64,000 nt of DNA, taken from NCBI GenBank assembly GCA_963782915.1, contig CAWALK010000024.1, positions 101,969-165,968 of the forward strand. Reading direction: 5' to 3'. The notes below the pieces were generated by a model. That model saw nothing but the letters and a program-made list of their open reading frames with translations. It was not told the origin of the DNA and did not search any database. The translations under genes and the position numbers were made by a program. The stretch is from an uncultured archaeon. Lineage in GTDB: Archaea; Thermoproteota; Bathyarchaeia; Bathyarchaeales; Bathycorpusculaceae. The stretch's first letter is position 1. Every line of letters begins with the position of its first letter. Shown piece after piece: positions 59,855-64,000 of this stretch.

Positions 59855-60851
59855 TCATCTTAAGATTTTTGTTAGTTTCTTCGCTAAAACCTGAAAGGCG
59901 CTATCTAAGTAAAAGTGAATCCCCGAGTTTTTGTCCTGAACAACAACACGGTTATACCTTTTCAAAATTACAAGGTAATTTCGAAACTGCAATACTTTAC
60001 GCATTAATCTGCTTCTTTGGAAAAACCTTGGCTCAGAAATGCTACCCCAGAGATCCATTCTACGCTCGATTTCCCGGCACTGCAAACACAAAATATCCCC
60101 ACACTGGTTAAGCGCAGGGTTACCTCTAAGCAGTTCAGATTCATTGCTAATAAAATCGTAAGCAAACGTCAGGTTTGCATTGGCTTGACCGATTCGTCCA
60201 TGCCTAAGTATTCCTCGGCGGTCGAGTTCGGGGACGAGACTGGGCAGTTTCTTCTCGCAGGGCGGATGCTCAAACACGAACACGCCAATTTCGCCTCTGG
60301 AGTTCCTGTATTGCACGCCGTGGCGCAGAAACCTCGGGATGCCTGCGTGGTACTGGGCTTCGTGGCGGATAGCGACTAAATTGTTGCCTGTGCCAATAGA
60401 GAGGTATTTTCCGTTTAATTGCGCAAGAAGAGTGTAGGGTAGATATGGTCTGGGCTTTTTCGTTGTGCGTTTGGGTTAGGTATTTGGCGTTTTCTCCGAT
60501 GGCAACGACTGAGCAGACGGGGTGAGTGCTTCGTATGGCGCCTCTGCGTTTGAGCAGCGTTTTGGGGGCTATGCCCGTGTTGGGTGCGGTTGTGGCGGGG
60601 TCAAAAATGTAGTGTGAGGGTATTTCTGAGGCGGGAAACGTGTTGGTGTAAGCGTTCATCATTATGGTTCCATGCGAGCCGACGGTTTCGAGCAGGGCAT
60701 CTATGAATGTGTCTGCGCCCCCCTCTATGTAACCAATGCTTTTGAGAGAAAGCGTAACCGCCACTGTATCGCCTTCAAGGATGCCTATCGCCTTAAAGTC
60801 AGCTACAAGCTTTACTTTAGTGATAATGCCCTTGGCAGTTTGAAGCTGCAT
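59855..60851 (-). CDS. AAC(3)/YokD-family N-acyltransferase, frameshifted
   Basis: SLKSIGYIEGGA, GTIMM, FDP, RSTHP...A.G.NA; continues in shifted frames to 59855. Confidence 0.78.
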
Positions 60852-61706
60852 TTAGTTCAAACCCAAAATTTCCCGCGCTTCCTTAGGCGAAGCAATTTCA
60901 CGCCCCAATTCCTTTGCAACTTTAACTATCCTCTCAACAAGCTTAGCGTTAGTCGCCAACTCCTGTTTTGGGTAGTTATAGTAGATGCTGTCTTCGATGC
61001 CGATGCGTACATGGCCGCCCATGAGAAGTGCGGCTGCGTTGATTTGAGTTTGGAATCTGCCTATGCCTGTTGCGGACCAGTTTGACTCGGAGGGCAACGA
61101 ATTAGCGAGGTAGGTGAGGTCGTTGATGCCTGCTGGAATACTGCCCAGTGAACCCAGTAGCATGCAGAAGTGAAGGGGTTTTTTTAGGTAGCCTTTTTTG
61201 GAGAGGTACTTGGCGGTGTTGATGAAGCCGGGTTCAAAAATTTCCAGTTCCGGCAGAATGTTGCGTTCCTGCATTAGGGTTGCAAGTTTTTCTATGGTGT
61301 GCATTGGGTTTACGCTTGGGTGCTGCGGGAAATTCAGTGACCCGCAAGTGAGGCTTGCCATGTCGGGGTAGAGGTCTAAGACTTCGGCGCGGTGTTCGAC
61401 TTGGGGGTCGGTTCTGCCGCTGGTTGTGGCGCATATGATGATGTCGGGGCATTTGCGTTTGATTTCTTTAAAAATCTTATCGAAGACGGCTTTGTCACAG
61501 GTGGGTTTCCCTGTTTCCTCGTCCCTTGCATGTACGTGTACTACGGAGGCGCCGAGTTTGTAGGCTTCATAGGTGTCCGCTGCGATTTCCTCGGGGGTTA
61601 TGGGTACATGTGGGGTTTGGGTTTTTGTGGGAATCATGCCTGTGGGGGCTAACGTAATGATAAGTTTGTCGACTGGTAAAAAATCACAATCTCTAAAATG
61701 ATACAT
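60852..61706 (-). CDS. Beta-keto acid cleavage enzyme (BKACE/DUF849, Kce-like)
   Basis: IITLAPTG, PITPEEIA, VHVHARD, PDMASL, PELEIF, GGHVRIGIED, N-x-LV. Confidence 0.93.
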   Translation of the reverse strand: MYHFRDCDFLPVDKLIITLAPTGMIPTKTQTPHVPITPEEIAADTYEAYKLGASVVHVHARDEETGKPTCDKAVFDKIFKEIKRKCPDIIICATTSGRTDPQVEHRAEVLDLYPDMASLTCGSLNFPQHPSVNPMHTIEKLATLMQERNILPELEIFEPGFINTAKYLSKKGYLKKPLHFCMLLGSLGSIPAGINDLTYLANSLPSESNWSATGIGRFQTQINAAALLMGGHVRIGIEDSIYYNYPKQELATNAKLVERIVKVAKELGREIASPKEAREILGLN

Positions 61707-61831
61707 GGTGAAAAGTTCACCAATATACTAGTGGTTACTTGCTTGGTAATAAAGCGTGCGCTAATTTAGTGAATCAATAAGAAAATGGTCTATATTCTGA
61801 CGCATTTGATATAGACACTAATTATCCAAAA

Positions 61832-62755
61832 TCACAGGGGGCTTTCTGATGCAACAACCTTTCGGGCATAGTCAACGAAGCCCGCAATATCATTCTCCAT
61901 TACTGTAATCGAATAAACCGAATGCTCACTAAAGTAACCTGCAAGCCTATGCATCACTGGATCCTGCTCGAGAATAGCCATGCAAATCTCCTTTACACTC
62001 TGGTTCTTCCTAACGCCGTCTATAGCGATTTTTGCCCAAAGCTTCAATTGTTCCTTGTAGTCTCTGAGCCGTTTTACCCCGTCTGAGGCTTTTCCGAAAT
62101 GGCTAAAATAGAGAACAGTCGGGTTCAAGCTGATTAGTTTATCCAGCGAAGCCAACGATGCTTCAAGATAGAAGGGCGGAGGAGTTGTTGGAACCACCAC
62201 ATCCCAGCCTGGATGATAAGTGCCTGCTGCATCACCAGGGAAAACTCCGCCGTTGAAGGTTTCATAGTAGCTTAGGTTATGGGAGGCGTGGCCTGGAGTC
62301 TCAAGCGCTATCAATTTGCCGCCTTCTCCTAAATCAAAGGTGCCCTCGGTTATGGGGATTATGCGGTCTTGTGGTACGGGTTCGGGTTTGCCAAAGATTT
62401 CGCTCACAGTGCCAAGTACTGATTGGGCGGATGGCCAGAGTCGGTCTGGGTTGATTAGGTGGGGTGCGCCTTTTGGGTGTACGAGTACTTTTGCGTTGGG
62501 AAGATACTTCAAAAGGGTGCCTGCGCCGCCTCCGTGGTCAAGGTGAACGTGGGTGACCGCGATGTATTCTATGTCTTCACGTTTGATGTCTAATTCGTCT
62601 AAGGCTTCGAGGAGTCGGGGAATCGAATTGGTTGGTCCTGATTCTACAAGAAAGGGTTTTTCTCCGCAGATGATGTAGCTGCATATGAGTTCTTTGATGC
62701 CGCCTGTTTCTAGTTCGACTTGGTAGAGGTTCTTTCCGATTAGCTTCGCGTGCAA
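61832..62755 (-). CDS. Metallo-beta-lactamase-fold hydrolase
   Basis: THVHLDHGGG, TPGHASH, GDAAG, SHFG. Confidence 0.9.
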   Translation of the reverse strand: MHAKLIGKNLYQVELETGGIKELICSYIICGEKPFLVESGPTNSIPRLLEALDELDIKREDIEYIAVTHVHLDHGGGAGTLLKYLPNAKVLVHPKGAPHLINPDRLWPSAQSVLGTVSEIFGKPEPVPQDRIIPITEGTFDLGEGGKLIALETPGHASHNLSYYETFNGGVFPGDAAGTYHPGWDVVVPTTPPPFYLEASLASLDKLISLNPTVLYFSHFGKASDGVKRLRDYKEQLKLWAKIAIDGVRKNQSVKEICMAILEQDPVMHRLAGYFSEHSVYSITVMENDIAGFVDYARKVVASESPL

Positions 62756-62920
62756 AGGTTTTCCCTCGAGTTTGTGATGATAAAGAGTCTTGGGGCATAA
62801 ACATTTCCGAATGAACACGATCAGGTGGATAGCGAGTAGTAACCGAAAAGAATATCATTCAGGCAAGCCATAAATTACTATGTTTTAGTAGCGTTTGCTT
62901 CAATACCGCGTGGTTTTGTT

Positions 62921-64000
62921 ATGGTTTTAGTCAGTGTTGTAATGAGTTCTTATAATCACGAAAAATACATCGCTGAATCCATAGAAAGTGTCCTAGGCCA
63001 AACCTTCAGGGACTTTGAACTCATTATAACCGATGACTACTCCACCGATACCTCCCCAAAAATCATAGCGAACTACAAGCAGAAAGACTCACGTGTCAAC
63101 GCTATTTTCCATAGCAAGAACATGGGCATAACAAGGACCCTAAACGACGGCTTAGACCAAGTTCATGGAAAATACGTTTGTTTCATAGATTCAGACGACC
63201 TCTGGATGGAAGACAAACTTGAGAAACAACTCGAAATCCTAAAACAAGAGGACACTAAACTGGTTTGGTCAGACGGGGAAATAATTGATGGCCGGAGCCA
63301 AAAGACAGGCCAGCTTTTCACGGAATTCCTGGGCGCCCCAACAGGCAAGAGCGGGGATCTTTTTCAGCCGTTGCTTAAAGAACAATTCATTCTTTTCCAA
63401 ACCCTGATCCTCAAAGCGGAATACATCAAAAACCTCAGATTCGACGCAGAACTCAACTACGTCAACGACCACCGCCTTCTGGTGGATTTAGCGGCGAATC
63501 ATGAGTTTCTTTTTATGCCTCAGCACCTGGCAAAATACCGCGTACACGGCAACAACATAACATTCAAAAAAGAGCTTGAATGGGCAAAAGACAAAATTCG
63601 AATACGAAAATACTTTCTCACCGCCTATCCAGATAGGATTTCTCAGAAGGCTAAAGCGGACATAAACTACCAAATCGGATTCTACCTGTCACGGCTGGGC
63701 AAAAAAGCGGAAGCAAAACAATACTACCTACAGGCACTAAAAATCGATCATGCACACATAAACAGTGCCCTCTATACTGCGCTCGCCTTAACAACGGGGG
63801 ATGGGGTTGCTGGGCAGTTGATGGTGAACTCTTTTAATTTTACTACGGGGCTCTTGGATTCTGTTAAATCGGGTGGTTACTCCCTAAACGGCAGCTTTCC
63901 GTTGATGGGCTTTTATTCGGGTTTTGTTGCCGTAAATTTGAAGAGGGGGCAGACTTCAAAATCGGCGACGAGGCGGGTACGTTTTAGTCGAAGGCTTCGC
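62921..64000 (+). CDS. GT2-family glycosyltransferase (no stop within window)
   Basis: MVLVSVVMSSYNHEKYIAESIESVLGQTFRDFELIITDDYSTD...FIDSDD...KLEKQ; absent from ORF track because the frame runs off the end. Confidence 0.9.
   Translation, partial: MVLVSVVMSSYNHEKYIAESIESVLGQTFRDFELIITDDYSTDTSPKIIANYKQKDSRVNAIFHSKNMGITRTLNDGLDQVHGKYVCFIDSDDLWMEDKLEKQLEILKQEDTKLVWSDGEIIDGRSQKTGQLFTEFLGAPTGKSGDLFQPLLKEQFILFQTLILKAEYIKNLRFDAELNYVNDHRLLVDLAANHEFLFMPQHLAKYRVHGNNITFKKELEWAKDKIRIRKYFLTAYPDRISQKAKADINYQIGFYLSRLGKKAEAKQYYLQALKIDHAHINSALYTALALTTGDGVAGQLMVNSFNFTTGLLDSVKSGGYSLNGSFPLMGFYSGFVAVNLKRGQTSKSATRRVRFSRRLR

Noticed and set aside
1945-60851. Many frameshifts (copA x3, zfx, FTR, Prx x2, VIT1, DUF2095, two PQQ-like genes, lactonase, integrase, flippase, AAC(3)) as programmed frameshifting, phase variation or mass pseudogenisation
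   Set aside because: Single-base indels scattered over unrelated genes, often at short homopolymers, with otherwise intact motifs and no in-frame stop accumulation; sequencing/assembly error is the simplest explanation

Overview
Archaeal chromosomal window, most consistent with Bathyarchaeia (inference from GGAGGTGA ribosome-binding sites, TACK-type Elf1 and Zn-ferredoxin, a PEF-CTERM protein, and large secreted PQQ-like beta-propeller paralogs). 0-22 kb is a dense oxygen/metal/thiol-stress region (ferredoxins, CopA, PDO, FprA, rubrerythrin, SOD, disulfide reductase-glutaredoxin-FTR, Nth, Prx, VIT1, HtrA, ferritin-like protein, flavodoxin). 22.3-24.6 kb is a tandem array of six KGG/GsiB-type stress hydrophilins plus a DUF2795 gene. 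28-34 kb holds tRNA-Arg(CCG), a DUF2090 aldolase-GlpX pair and a GT4. 35-45 kb holds three ~870-890 aa PQQ-like surface proteins, each preceded by the same palindromic operator and followed by a related ~100-nt stem-loop element, with a multi-TM protein + wHTH gene pair embedded. A 2.88-kb degenerate element with a split (SSV-type) integrase sits in tRNA-Gly(TCC) and duplicates its 5' half. The right end has RtcB, a flippase, a BKACE-AAC(3) pair, an MBL hydrolase and a GT2. Many genes carry single-base frameshifts that look like sequencing errors, so pseudogene calls are uncertain. All family assignments are from motif recognition by eye, not from database searches.
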